DNA of 32,000 nucleotides. It comes from Candidatus Saccharimonadota bacterium (GTDB lineage: Bacteria; Patescibacteriota; Gracilibacteria; UBA4473). The position numbers were made by a program, and so were the translations under genes. The notes under the pieces were generated by a model that ran no database searches, was not told the DNA's origin, and saw nothing but the letters and a program-made list of their open reading frames with translations. Shown here in pieces: positions 16,704 to 25,365 of the stretch; the first letter of the stretch is position 1, and each line of letters opens with the position of its first letter. The stretch lies in the NCBI GenBank assembly GCA_030429505.1, contig JAUIFI010000001.1, positions 90,001 to 122,000 of the forward strand. Direction: 5' to 3'.

Positions 16704-18392
16704 ATGTCAGATCAACTATCTTTTGCAAAAAAACTATGGAGCCAGGCCCCCCTTATTCAGAGTAAAGAAAAACTCTACGAACATATACTTCAAAATAAAA
16801 AATTAAAAAATCATGAAGAAATATCCGATTTTTTATCTCCTCAAATGGATCAATTACACAGTCCATGGATCATGAAAGGAATGAAGGAAGCAATGAGTCG
16901 AATTACTGAAGCTATTAAAAAATCAGAAAGAATCATGATCTTTGGGGACTTTGATGCTGATGGTATTACTTCTACCGTTATATTAGTTGCAGCATTGAAA
17001 GAACTAGGGGCACAGATATCCTATCGTATTCCTGATCGTAATACTGATTCACATGGAATCAAACCACACCATGTTGACGAAATTGCTTCCCAAAAAGTTA
17101 AGCTTATTATTACTTGCGATTGCGGTGTAAATGACCTTGAAGCTTTGCAATATGCATTTGAAAAAAAAATAGATGTTATCATCACCGATCATCACACTCC
17201 TGACGAAAACATACAAAAAAGACCAGTTATTGCTACCATTAACCCTCTTATGAAAGAATGCTCGTACCCAGAGAAAAATCTGTCAGGTGCGGGCATCGCT
17301 TTTAAATTAATTTCGGCGCTTGCCGAAAAATACTTTGATAATAAAGCCGAAAAAACGAACTTTCTTCATAAATATATAGAAATAGCCACTATCGGTATTA
17401 TTGCGGATTGTGTGCCTCTTATTGGAGAAAATCGAATCATCACCAAGCTTGGTTTAGAACAGATGAAAACAACGCAATGGACGGGGTTACGACACTTCTT
17501 TATCTCGAATGAGATTGATCAACAAAACATCGACGAACAAACGATCGGTTTTGCTATTGCCCCCAGACTTAATGCCGCCTCCAGAATCGGAGACGTTACT
17601 ATTGCTACTCAATTATTCCTCGGGGATGAAAATCAACATCCAGCCCGTCTTAATCAACTCGAACACTGGAATAAGAAAAGGAAACATCTCACTCATATAT
17701 CATTGCAAGAAAGTCACGATCAAGTGCGTCCGAAAGCTTCTGTACAAATATTTGTGAATGAAAATTGGCATCCAGGTATTTTGGGACTTATTGCCTCTAA
17801 ACAATCAGAAACCCTAGGAGTTCCTGTTATTGCCGCAACACTAAGGGCGGATGGTCTTTTAGCAGCTTCATGCCGAGCACCAGAAGGTTCGCATATGGCG
17901 CAAGCTCTTCAATCATGCAGGCAGCTCTTTACCCACTTCGGAGGACATGCCGGAGCAGCAGGGTTTGTCGCTCAGCCCAAACATTTAGAAGCTATTCGAG
18001 AGGCTCTCGATACACACTTTTCCCAGCAGTCCTCGATTGTCCCTTCTCACGAAGTCAATGCTTTTGTCTCGTCTCATATCCTTGATTTTGAAACGATCGA
18101 CTTTCTCAAAACTATCGCTCCGTTTGGGATAGGGAACTTAGAACCGGTTTTTGGTCTTCAAGGCGTCACCATTCAAGACTACAAGATAATGGGAACACAC
18201 AAAAATCATATCAGATTGACCTTAGCGGGTGAGTCTGAAAACTTCCAAGCCATCGCTTTCTTTGCTGAAACATGGATCAACCGTATCACCTCAGGACAGA
18301 TTGTCGATATTCTATGCACCGTGTCAGATTCATACTGGCAAGGGCAGAGGCGAAGAGAGGTGAGAGTGGTGGATATCAGAGAATCTCTATAG
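16704..18392 (+). CDS. recJ: single-stranded-DNA-specific exonuclease RecJ
   Basis: DHH family motifs IFGDFDADGITS, ITCDCG, ITDHHTP. DHHA1 GGHAGAAGF. I prefer the ATG at 16704 (MSDQLSF...) over the listed 16635, which overlaps the divergent gene. Confidence 0.9.
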   Translation: MSDQLSFAKKLWSQAPLIQSKEKLYEHILQNKKLKNHEEISDFLSPQMDQLHSPWIMKGMKEAMSRITEAIKKSERIMIFGDFDADGITSTVILVAALKELGAQISYRIPDRNTDSHGIKPHHVDEIASQKVKLIITCDCGVNDLEALQYAFEKKIDVIITDHHTPDENIQKRPVIATINPLMKECSYPEKNLSGAGIAFKLISALAEKYFDNKAEKTNFLHKYIEIATIGIIADCVPLIGENRIITKLGLEQMKTTQWTGLRHFFISNEIDQQNIDEQTIGFAIAPRLNAASRIGDVTIATQLFLGDENQHPARLNQLEHWNKKRKHLTHISLQESHDQVRPKASVQIFVNENWHPGILGLIASKQSETLGVPVIAATLRADGLLAASCRAPEGSHMAQALQSCRQLFTHFGGHAGAAGFVAQPKHLEAIREALDTHFSQQSSIVPSHEVNAFVSSHILDFETIDFLKTIAPFGIGNLEPVFGLQGVTIQDYKIMGTHKNHIRLTLAGESENFQAIAFFAETWINRITSGQIVDILCTVSDSYWQGQRRREVRVVDIRESL

Positions 18393-18437
18393 AATATGTA
18401 TTTTTTGAATGAAAATTTTCATTCAGAGCTATAGAGT
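18387..18437 (+). terminator. composite palindromic hairpin at the recJ stop (weak terminator candidate)
   Basis: Outer 8-bp CTCTATAG/CTATAGAG encloses a perfect 20-nt palindrome TGAATGAAAATTTTCATTCA (18407-18426). Followed by T-rich TTCGGTCTTTTCC. Confidence 0.35.
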
Positions 18438-18521
18438 TCGGTCTTTTCCATACAAAGTCCCTTGTTCTACTTTTATAAGATACAATATCCGAAGAGAAGA
18501 CCTTGTATGAAGAATAGGTAT

Positions 18522-18551
18522 AAAAAAAGCCGATGTGAACATGTCACATCG
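18522..18551 (-). terminator. intrinsic terminator of the small-membrane-protein pair
   Basis: Minus strand CGATGTGA-acatg-TCACATCG followed by GC-TTTTTTT. 14 nt after the stop at 18565. Confidence 0.75.
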
Positions 18552-18564
18552 ACCCGAAAGCTCC

Positions 18565-18888
18565 TCACACTTCAACCTTTGCATTTTCTGCCAAGAGACG
18601 CAGAATTTCATTAGCGGTTTTGCTTGAGAATGAGTGAATCTGTTTAGATTCAGTCCCAACACAAAATCCTGTCATCTTGTGATCCTTCGAGACGAAAACG
18701 TAATGAAACATACCATTGTGTTTGAATACATATTGGAAAAGTCTTTCCTTAAAGACGATAATCCCCTTATGCTTCCTTAGAGATTCAAGGAAGTCAAGGC
18801 TCGGTTGATTTTTTTTTCTTCTTAGCTGCCAAATAAAGGTTCCCCCAAGAAGTAAAAATATCAAAGAAATAAATATTTCTAGTGGCAT
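18565..18888 (-). CDS. small single-pass membrane protein (paralog A)
   Basis: Preferred start is MPLEIFISLIFLLLGGTFIWQLRRKK (107 aa), preceded by a perfect AGGAGG 4 nt upstream (18893-18898). The longer listed ORF (to 18975) would overlap the upstream gene. Confidence 0.6.
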   Translation of the reverse strand: MPLEIFISLIFLLLGGTFIWQLRRKKNQPSLDFLESLRKHKGIIVFKERLFQYVFKHNGMFHYVFVSKDHKMTGFCVGTESKQIHSFSSKTANEILRLLAENAKVEV

Positions 18889-18896
18889 TGTTCCTC

Positions 18897-19247
18897 CTAT
18901 ATTGTTTCTGGTTGTTGTATGGTGCCGAGCAGATTTTTCATGTCTTGCTTCGTTTTTCTCGAAAAATATGTGCATATATGCCCAGAACTTGAATAAGAAT
19001 AAAATTCATTAAGCCTAGTTTCTCTTTTAGGGATAACAATACCCCATAAAACTCCCTGCTGGGAAAAGGCAATATCCGTAGACTCTCTAAATTCAATAAC
19101 TCTAAAAGACCCTTTATTCGAAATGGCTTTTGAAAAAGCTTCATAGGCCATGAGACCAGGCTTTCTCTTTCGAGTAATACTACGAACCATTGTAAATAAT
19201 AATAAAACAGAAATCCCAAGAATAAGAACAATAAGAACAATCTTCAT
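18897..19247 (-). CDS. small single-pass membrane protein (paralog B)
   Basis: 116 aa. N-terminal TM MKIVLIVLILGISVLLLFTMV followed by RKRK. AGGAG 7 nt upstream. Its TAG stop lies inside the SD of paralog A. Confidence 0.6.
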   Translation of the reverse strand: MKIVLIVLILGISVLLLFTMVRSITRKRKPGLMAYEAFSKAISNKGSFRVIEFRESTDIAFSQQGVLWGIVIPKRETRLNEFYSYSSSGHICTYFSRKTKQDMKNLLGTIQQPETI

Positions 19248-19289
19248 ACCATTTCTCCTGAAAAATTGAACTGTTAAAAAGCTATATAC

Positions 19290-19317
19290 AATATAATTTT
19301 TATAGTAATTTTGTCAA
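19290..19317 (-). promoter_or_regulatory. candidate promoter of the small-membrane-protein pair
   Basis: Minus strand TTGACA (19317-19312), 16-nt spacer, TATATT (19295-19290). Confidence 0.55.
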
Positions 19318-19336
19318 TAAGGTGCTTGAGACAGCT

Positions 19337-20014
19337 TTATTCTTTCTTCTCCTCTTCTTCATCAGCTCCACCATCAGAACCTTTTTCGCTCGCGACTTCT
19401 TCAGCTTCAGGAGCTTCAGTTGGAATATCTTCTTCTTTTTGCGGAGCAACTACGCTACAAATCACAGAATCAGGATTGAGGTCCATGACTTCAAATTTTT
19501 CCGTATCCAATTTCAAATCCTCCACCGTGACATGATCGCCGATGTTTTCCATGCGAGCAATGTCAACCTCCAAAGAATGCGGAATATCAGTCGGAAAACA
19601 TCGAATCGTAATCGTATCGTTCTCCTTCATGAGCAAACCTCCAAGGTTCTTAATCGCCAAAGATTCTCCGACAAATTCAAATGGTACTTGAATATCAGTT
19701 TTTTCTTTCAGATTGACCGCATAAAAATCAATATGCCGAATCGTATTGTGTACCGGATGGAGCTGAAGATCATGGACGAGAACCTTGATCTTTTTCCCAT
19801 CGAGTTTGAGTTCTATGAGAGATGATGTCCCTGCTTTCCGATAGGTTCGAAGAATATCAGATTGATCAACAGAAATCGCTACCGGATCAGTACCACTTCC
19901 ATAGACGACCCCTGGAACTCTCTTTTGAGCTCGAGTTTCTCGAGCAGACTTTTTGGAGACTTGTCTTGATTCGGCAACGAGTGAAAAAGTATCAACCATA
20001 TGTAAAAATGCCAC
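19337..20014 (-). CDS. rplY: 50S ribosomal protein L25 / general stress protein Ctc (long form)
   Basis: RETRAQKRVPGVVYG, HPVHNTIRHIDFYAV, acidic C-terminal tail. Alternative start at Met6 (19999). Confidence 0.9.
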   Translation of the reverse strand: MAFLHMVDTFSLVAESRQVSKKSARETRAQKRVPGVVYGSGTDPVAISVDQSDILRTYRKAGTSSLIELKLDGKKIKVLVHDLQLHPVHNTIRHIDFYAVNLKEKTDIQVPFEFVGESLAIKNLGGLLMKENDTITIRCFPTDIPHSLEVDIARMENIGDHVTVEDLKLDTEKFEVMDLNPDSVICSVVAPQKEEDIPTEAPEAEEVASEKGSDGGADEEEEKKE

Positions 20015-20059
20015 GTCATTGTAAAAAGAATCTCTATGCTGTCAACCTGTTTACCTCTT

Positions 20060-20938
20060 CTAAAAAAATATTCGTACAATATCGTTCCAAGTAATCACCA
20101 CCATAAGGATGATCAGTAACATAAAACCTCCCAAATGAATGGCGTTTTCCCAATTGGTCGGAGGCTTTCTAAAACTCACGAGCTCAATAAGCTGAAATAA
20201 AAATCGACCACCATCAAGCGCTGGAATCGGTAATAAATTCATCACAGCCAATGATAGAGACAAAAGTGCCATAAGCTTCAAAATAGCGAAAAATCCTTGT
20301 GGCAAAATCTTATGTGTAGCCTCAGCAATACCTAAAGGTCCAGCTAAACCCTCTGGAAATCGTTGATGTTCAATAATTTCTACGGGAATTTCAGCTACCT
20401 TCTTCACAATAGCTTTTGAAATCCTCCAGCTTTCAGTAAGGGAAAAAGTAAAAGATTCTGGAAAAGGCTTCTGAATTTCAGTAATACTTACAATCATTCT
20501 CTGACCGTCTTCATTGGCTTCACTCAGCTCAATTATTCCTTGTTCTACTGCTTGATCAAATTCATTTTCTGTAATAATAATCGGTTTAGTACCAACAGAA
20601 AAAAGAATAGTTAAAATAACCACAGCCATAACAAAATTCATAAAAATACCAGCCAATGTGATAATCATTCGCTTCCATAAAGCCGCATTATTGAAACTCC
20701 TTGGGTCTTTTGAATCTTTTTCTTCTCCCAGCATCTTTACAAACCCTCCGAAAGGAACAGCATTAACTGTATATTCAGTCTCGCCGACTTTTTTCCCAAA
20801 AACTTTCTTTCCTAAACCCAAACCGAACTCCTCAACTTTTACCCCTGACTTTCGAGCCGCATAAAAATGACCAAACTCATGGACGAGTACAAGAATAGAA
20901 AAGACTAGCAGAAAGACTACAATCGAAAGTATAATCAT
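20060..20938 (-). CDS. rseP: site-2 (M50) intramembrane zinc metalloprotease, RseP family, short form
   Basis: HEFGHF in TM1, NLLPIPALDGG in the C-terminal TM. Only 292 aa. Confidence 0.85.
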   Translation of the reverse strand: MIILSIVVFLLVFSILVLVHEFGHFYAARKSGVKVEEFGLGLGKKVFGKKVGETEYTVNAVPFGGFVKMLGEEKDSKDPRSFNNAALWKRMIITLAGIFMNFVMAVVILTILFSVGTKPIIITENEFDQAVEQGIIELSEANEDGQRMIVSITEIQKPFPESFTFSLTESWRISKAIVKKVAEIPVEIIEHQRFPEGLAGPLGIAEATHKILPQGFFAILKLMALLSLSLAVMNLLPIPALDGGRFLFQLIELVSFRKPPTNWENAIHLGGFMLLIILMVVITWNDIVRIFF

Positions 20939-21198
20939 ACGGTTGGTACTTTAGGGGAATGTTTTGGAAAATCAACCCCGCCTTGACTCCAAGGATGACA
21001 CCGCAATAAACGGAACAGAATATAAGGCATTCCTAGTAAAAATCCTTTTTCTATCAGTACTAATATCGCATATTGCGAACACGTCGGATGAAACTTGCAT
21101 CCGCACGTTGGTTGACCTTGTCCCATGAGTGAATGATCAGGAGAAAAAGTCTTTTGATAAAAAAGAAGTAAAACTAAACACAGTTTGGACAACAACAT
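20935..21198 (-). CDS. yidD: membrane protein insertion efficiency factor YidD
   Basis: FYQKTFSP...CKFHPTCSQYA...RLLRCHPWSQGGVDFP. Start chosen at Met21 of the listed ORF (MLLSKL...), which gives the typical size and avoids overlap with ruvA. Confidence 0.85.
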   Translation of the reverse strand: MLLSKLCLVLLLFYQKTFSPDHSLMGQGQPTCGCKFHPTCSQYAILVLIEKGFLLGMPYILFRLLRCHPWSQGGVDFPKHSPKVPTV

Positions 21199-21250
21199 AT
21201 CAAACCCAAAAAAAAGAGACAAAAACTTTCTCCAGAATTTGAGATGAACA

Positions 21251-21811
21251 TTAGACATGCTGGGAGAGAAAAAATTTTACTAAATCTTCCGTTGATGATC
21301 CTTCAGGAGCCTTTGTCAAAACCGTGTGAATACGTGATTTCTCATAGCCAAGATTTGCCAGAGCTTCAACGGCTTCCCCAATCGCTGGTGGAAGTTCAGA
21401 CGATTCAGCATCAAGATTTAATTTCCCTTTTAGTTCCAAAATAAGACGCTGTGCTGTCTTTTTTCCAAGTCCTGGAACTCGGCTCAAAAAAGCAACATCT
21501 TCTTTTTCCACCGCTCCTAAAAACTGACTCACCGGAATCGATACCATTCCTAAAGCTGTTTTGGGACCAATACCAGAAACCGCCAAAAGTTTAGCAAATA
21601 ATTGTTTTTCTTCTGGAGTGCCAAATCCATACAAAGACAGTTCTTGTTCTCTTACAACTGTATAAATAAAAACAGTTGTGATACTCCCTTTTTGAAGCTG
21701 ACTCAGTAAACTTCCTCCCGGGTAAACAGTATATCCCACACCACCCTGAGTCAGGATCAAACATTCTTTTTCTCCAACTTCCAAAACAGTTCCCTTAAGC
21801 AAGCCTATCAT
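21251..21811 (-). CDS. ruvA: Holliday junction DNA helicase subunit RuvA
   Basis: MIGLLKGTV...GGVGYTV, HhH motifs LLAVSGIGPKTAL and VPGLGKKTAQRLILEL. Start taken at Met7 of the listed ORF. Confidence 0.9.
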   Translation of the reverse strand: MIGLLKGTVLEVGEKECLILTQGGVGYTVYPGGSLLSQLQKGSITTVFIYTVVREQELSLYGFGTPEEKQLFAKLLAVSGIGPKTALGMVSIPVSQFLGAVEKEDVAFLSRVPGLGKKTAQRLILELKGKLNLDAESSELPPAIGEAVEALANLGYEKSRIHTVLTKAPEGSSTEDLVKFFLSQHV

Positions 21812-21902
21812 CAAGCGCATTATGGACAAGACCTGAAAAATGGCAATGGAAAAATAGTTTTCCTCTTTTTCTTAATCTATTTATCATGAAGAAGTACACC
21901 CA

Positions 21903-23201
21903 ATGAATAGAAAAGATCACGTTGCTTCACCTTCCTTCCACTTCATGCATTGGGATATGAACATTGTGGAGTTTTATGCGTACCAAACGCTATTGAAAAT
22001 TGCACAATCCATGACCAATCTATTTGTGCCAATCTATCTTTTTTCAGACCTTGGTTACTCACTCCCCCAAGTAGTACTCTTTTTCGTTGTATTGCAACTT
22101 GGCTTTTCTCTTATTATTCCTTTTGCCGGCTACGTTATTCATTTTTTAGGGATCAAAAAAACTATTGCTGCATCACTACCAATGCTCGTAATCTACTTTA
22201 TGAGTTTAAAGTATCTTACAGGAGATTTTGTATCAGACATGCTTTTTATGACTCCCATTCTTTTTCTGAGGGCGGGCTTGAAAGGTTCGGGACAAGTAGC
22301 AACCGATGTGTTTATGGCGAAACACGTACTCAAAAAAAACACCGCCAAAATGCTAGCAATGCTCAAAATTTTGATGGTGACTGCTAGTATCCTAGCTCCA
22401 CTGATCGGAGGGTGGGTGTCTTACATATATGGTTTTGACATGCTTTTTTGGATTGCTATTGGTCTGGTTTTGGCTTCGGGGATTCCTCTGTTTTTAACCC
22501 CAGATGAACACTTTCCTCCTAAATATGAAGCGCATGATATTCTCGATTTTGTAAAAGATGAGGCAGATAGAAATTATCTCGTAGCAGAATTCGGAAATAT
22601 TTTTACAGATGTGATTATGTGGATTATGTGGCCCTTGTTTCTTTTCTTTGCGATTCAGAGCACGGCTGGTATGGGAACTTTAGTGACAATTTCAGCGACT
22701 CTTTCTATGGGAATGGCGTACTTCATCGGACAGAAAATCAACGGAAAAGATGCCAAATTACTTATGAAAAACGGAATTCGTGGAGCGGCAACGCTTTTCT
22801 TCTTTCGTGCGATATCACTCAATCCTTTTATCATTGGAATTATTGATGCCGCCAATAAAATCCTTGATCCTATTTACAGAATCCCATATGACAGAGCTGC
22901 ATATCGTGTTATTATTGCTCATAAAAATCAGATAAAAATGGCGAACATCAAACAATTTATTTCCGAAAATTATTACACCTTTAGTACTTTTATACTCCTC
23001 ATGGTGACACTCATTGTTCCAGAACAATCAACCAATTTTTTTATAGGACTTTTTGCATTTTCCGCGATCATTATGCTCATTATGCAACGAATGGCTTGCA
23101 TAAAACTAACACCACTTGATCAGAAAATTATCACCGAACAAGAACATCACCACTTAGCTGAAGAAGAACTCAAAGTCATGGAAGAAGGAGAGCTACGATA
23201 A
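21903..23201 (+). CDS. polytopic membrane transporter, MFS-like
   Basis: 432 aa, about 12 hydrophobic segments with a central loop. No specific substrate family recognised. Confidence 0.55.
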   Translation: MNRKDHVASPSFHFMHWDMNIVEFYAYQTLLKIAQSMTNLFVPIYLFSDLGYSLPQVVLFFVVLQLGFSLIIPFAGYVIHFLGIKKTIAASLPMLVIYFMSLKYLTGDFVSDMLFMTPILFLRAGLKGSGQVATDVFMAKHVLKKNTAKMLAMLKILMVTASILAPLIGGWVSYIYGFDMLFWIAIGLVLASGIPLFLTPDEHFPPKYEAHDILDFVKDEADRNYLVAEFGNIFTDVIMWIMWPLFLFFAIQSTAGMGTLVTISATLSMGMAYFIGQKINGKDAKLLMKNGIRGAATLFFFRAISLNPFIIGIIDAANKILDPIYRIPYDRAAYRVIIAHKNQIKMANIKQFISENYYTFSTFILLMVTLIVPEQSTNFFIGLFAFSAIIMLIMQRMACIKLTPLDQKIITEQEHHHLAEEELKVMEEGELR

Positions 23202-23303
23202 TAAACCTGCCTTGAGATTGATTCCTCTAACACAAAGTAATCTTTGACAAAAATCTAAAAATCCTTGTACCATGAACAAGAATTATCAGATCACACATTT
23301 TCT

Positions 23304-24194
23304 ATGTCAGATATTCTTATCCAGCTCATTTGGAATGGTCTGGTGACGGGCTCCTTAATTGCCCTCGTCGCCTTAGGTCTGACGCTCATTTACGGAATTG
23401 CTCATTTTATTCAATTCGCTCATGGGGAGATGGTTGCCATCGGTGCCTACACCTTTATGGTCTTTCATAAACTCTCCGCCTGGCCCATTGTCCCTGCTGC
23501 CCTTGCTTCGATATTTATCACGATTGTCATCGGAATCTTACTCGAAAAATTATTCTTTAAACCCGTCAGAGAACATGACCCTTTGATACCGCTAGTGATT
23601 GCCATCGGGCTTTCTATTGGTATTCAAGCTTTGATTCTCATTATTTTTGGTCCCAATATTCTTACTATCAGTGACCACAGTTATGAAAGTTACTCTTTTC
23701 TTGATGGAGCTTTACTCGCCACTCCCAGCCAGATTTTGGCGTTTGTTTTTGCAGTAGTCCTCATGATCGGACTCCATCTATTCCTCAAAAAAACCAAACG
23801 CGGAAAAGCCATCAGAGCTATTTCTTCCAATCGTAGTATTGGAAAGACTTTTGGGCTGAGTACTGACAAATCTATGATGTGGGTGTTTGGTATTGGTTCA
23901 CTTCTTACCGCTATTGCTGGCATTTTCCTTGGATTCGAACAAAACCTTGAACCACTCATGGGAGTACAAATTTCCGTCAAAGCATTTTCTGCCGTGATTC
24001 TCGGTGCTATTGGGTCAGTGCGTGGAGCAATCTTTGGCTCGTTTCTCATTGGACTTGCGGAAAGCTTACTCGTGGGACTCGGGATTGTGGCAAGCGGATT
24101 TACCGCAGGGATCCCTTTTGTGATCCTTATTCTTATGTTACTGATTCGTCCGGAAGGACTCTTTGGAAAACGATTTGTCTCATTACGTCAGTAA
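23304..24194 (+). CDS. livH: branched-chain amino acid ABC transporter permease (LivH type)
   Basis: LIQLIWNGLVTGSLIALVALGLTLIYG..FAHGE pattern typical of LivH. ATG at 23304 preferred over the listed TTG at 23265. Confidence 0.85.
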   Translation: MSDILIQLIWNGLVTGSLIALVALGLTLIYGIAHFIQFAHGEMVAIGAYTFMVFHKLSAWPIVPAALASIFITIVIGILLEKLFFKPVREHDPLIPLVIAIGLSIGIQALILIIFGPNILTISDHSYESYSFLDGALLATPSQILAFVFAVVLMIGLHLFLKKTKRGKAIRAISSNRSIGKTFGLSTDKSMMWVFGIGSLLTAIAGIFLGFEQNLEPLMGVQISVKAFSAVILGAIGSVRGAIFGSFLIGLAESLLVGLGIVASGFTAGIPFVILILMLLIRPEGLFGKRFVSLRQ

Positions 24195-24221
24195 ACTTTA
24201 TTTTTTATCCTTTTTTTCATC

Positions 24222-25358
24222 ATGACGAAAAAATTCATCGCCTACGGCTTGGGACTCTGTACCCTTATTCTTACCGGCTGTCAAAATGTCGCTAACCCTT
24301 CAGGAAATAACGCTGAAGATACCATCACTATCGGAGGTATTGTTCCCCTTACGGGAGATGGTGCTGTGTACGGAGTTATGACACAAAACGTTGCAAACCT
24401 TCGTGTTGAGGAAATAAATGAATCTGGTGGCATCAATGGAAAAAAACTCGAAATTATCTGGGAAGATGGAAAATGCACTCCCAAAGATGCTTCTCTCGCG
24501 GCGCAAAAGCTCGTTAATATTGATAAAGTGAATATTATTTTTGGTGGTACATGTTCAGGAGAAACGCTAGGAGCTGCTCCTATCACAGAAAAAGCAAATG
24601 TGATTCTTTTTTCATCAGTATCTACAAGTCCAGAAGTCACCAATGCGGGAGACTTTGTGTTTCGAACAGCTCCTTCTGACTCCTCGCAAGGAAAAGTATT
24701 AGGGAACTATGCAAATAAGAGCGGCTTCAATACAGTGGCTCTTCTCTCTGAACAAACCGATTATGCGGTGGGAGTTGCTGGTGCTTTCAAAGATAATTTT
24801 GATGGAGAAATTATAGAAGAAACATACCTTTCTACTGAATCAGACTTCAAAACTCGTATCACAAAAATAAAAGCTTCCGATCCTGATGCACTATTTCTCA
24901 ATCCTCAAACACCACCAAAATTTGAAATCATGCTTAAACAACTACAAGAACAAGGTTGGGATAAGCCTATCATCAGTAATGAGATTTCAACAGGAAACAT
25001 CGATGCACGAACAAAGTATGCTGACTTTTTAAAAGAGCGAGGACTTGTAGCAGCTAATTTTGTAGCTCCAGATAACTCGGAATTGACTCAATTTGTTGAG
25101 AGATATGAAGCCAAGTTTGGGAATAAACCTGAATATATTAATTACACGGCGAGTACCCTTGATGGAGTAGGGATCCTTAAGCGTGTCTTAGAGAACACAG
25201 ATAGTGAAAACACAGAAGCTATCCGAGATACTCTTTACGCTCTTCAAGACTATGAAGGTGTTTTTGGGACACTTGCTTTTGACCAAAATGGTGATGTCAA
25301 TATCACACATTCACTCTTCCGATTCAACGGAGAAGACTTTGAACGCTTAGAAGAATAA
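24222..25358 (+). CDS. ABC transporter substrate-binding lipoprotein (Leu/Ile/Val-binding family)
   Basis: Lipobox LILTGC. Type I periplasmic-binding fold pattern (IGGIVPLTGDGAVYG, FRTAPSD). Located between the two permease genes. Confidence 0.85.
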   Translation: MTKKFIAYGLGLCTLILTGCQNVANPSGNNAEDTITIGGIVPLTGDGAVYGVMTQNVANLRVEEINESGGINGKKLEIIWEDGKCTPKDASLAAQKLVNIDKVNIIFGGTCSGETLGAAPITEKANVILFSSVSTSPEVTNAGDFVFRTAPSDSSQGKVLGNYANKSGFNTVALLSEQTDYAVGVAGAFKDNFDGEIIEETYLSTESDFKTRITKIKASDPDALFLNPQTPPKFEIMLKQLQEQGWDKPIISNEISTGNIDARTKYADFLKERGLVAANFVAPDNSELTQFVERYEAKFGNKPEYINYTASTLDGVGILKRVLENTDSENTEAIRDTLYALQDYEGVFGTLAFDQNGDVNITHSLFRFNGEDFERLEE

Positions 25359-25365
25359 TTCCACT

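Noticed and set aside
19322-19825. 167-aa plus-strand ORF, plus similar antisense ORFs at 4653..4952, 6835..7200, 23690..24049, 24281..24643, 27292..27609 and others.
   Set aside because: Each lies entirely antisense to, or out of frame within, a CDS with strong family-level motifs (rplY, the beta-rich protein, topA, livH, the binding protein, livF). Their translations are low-complexity. They are treated as shadow ORFs.
20060-20938. RseP homolog is only 292 aa, so possibly PDZ-less.
   Set aside because: The extracytoplasmic segment of about 80 aa between the TM regions could still hold one minimal PDZ. This cannot be decided by eye, and short RseP forms are known in reduced genomes.
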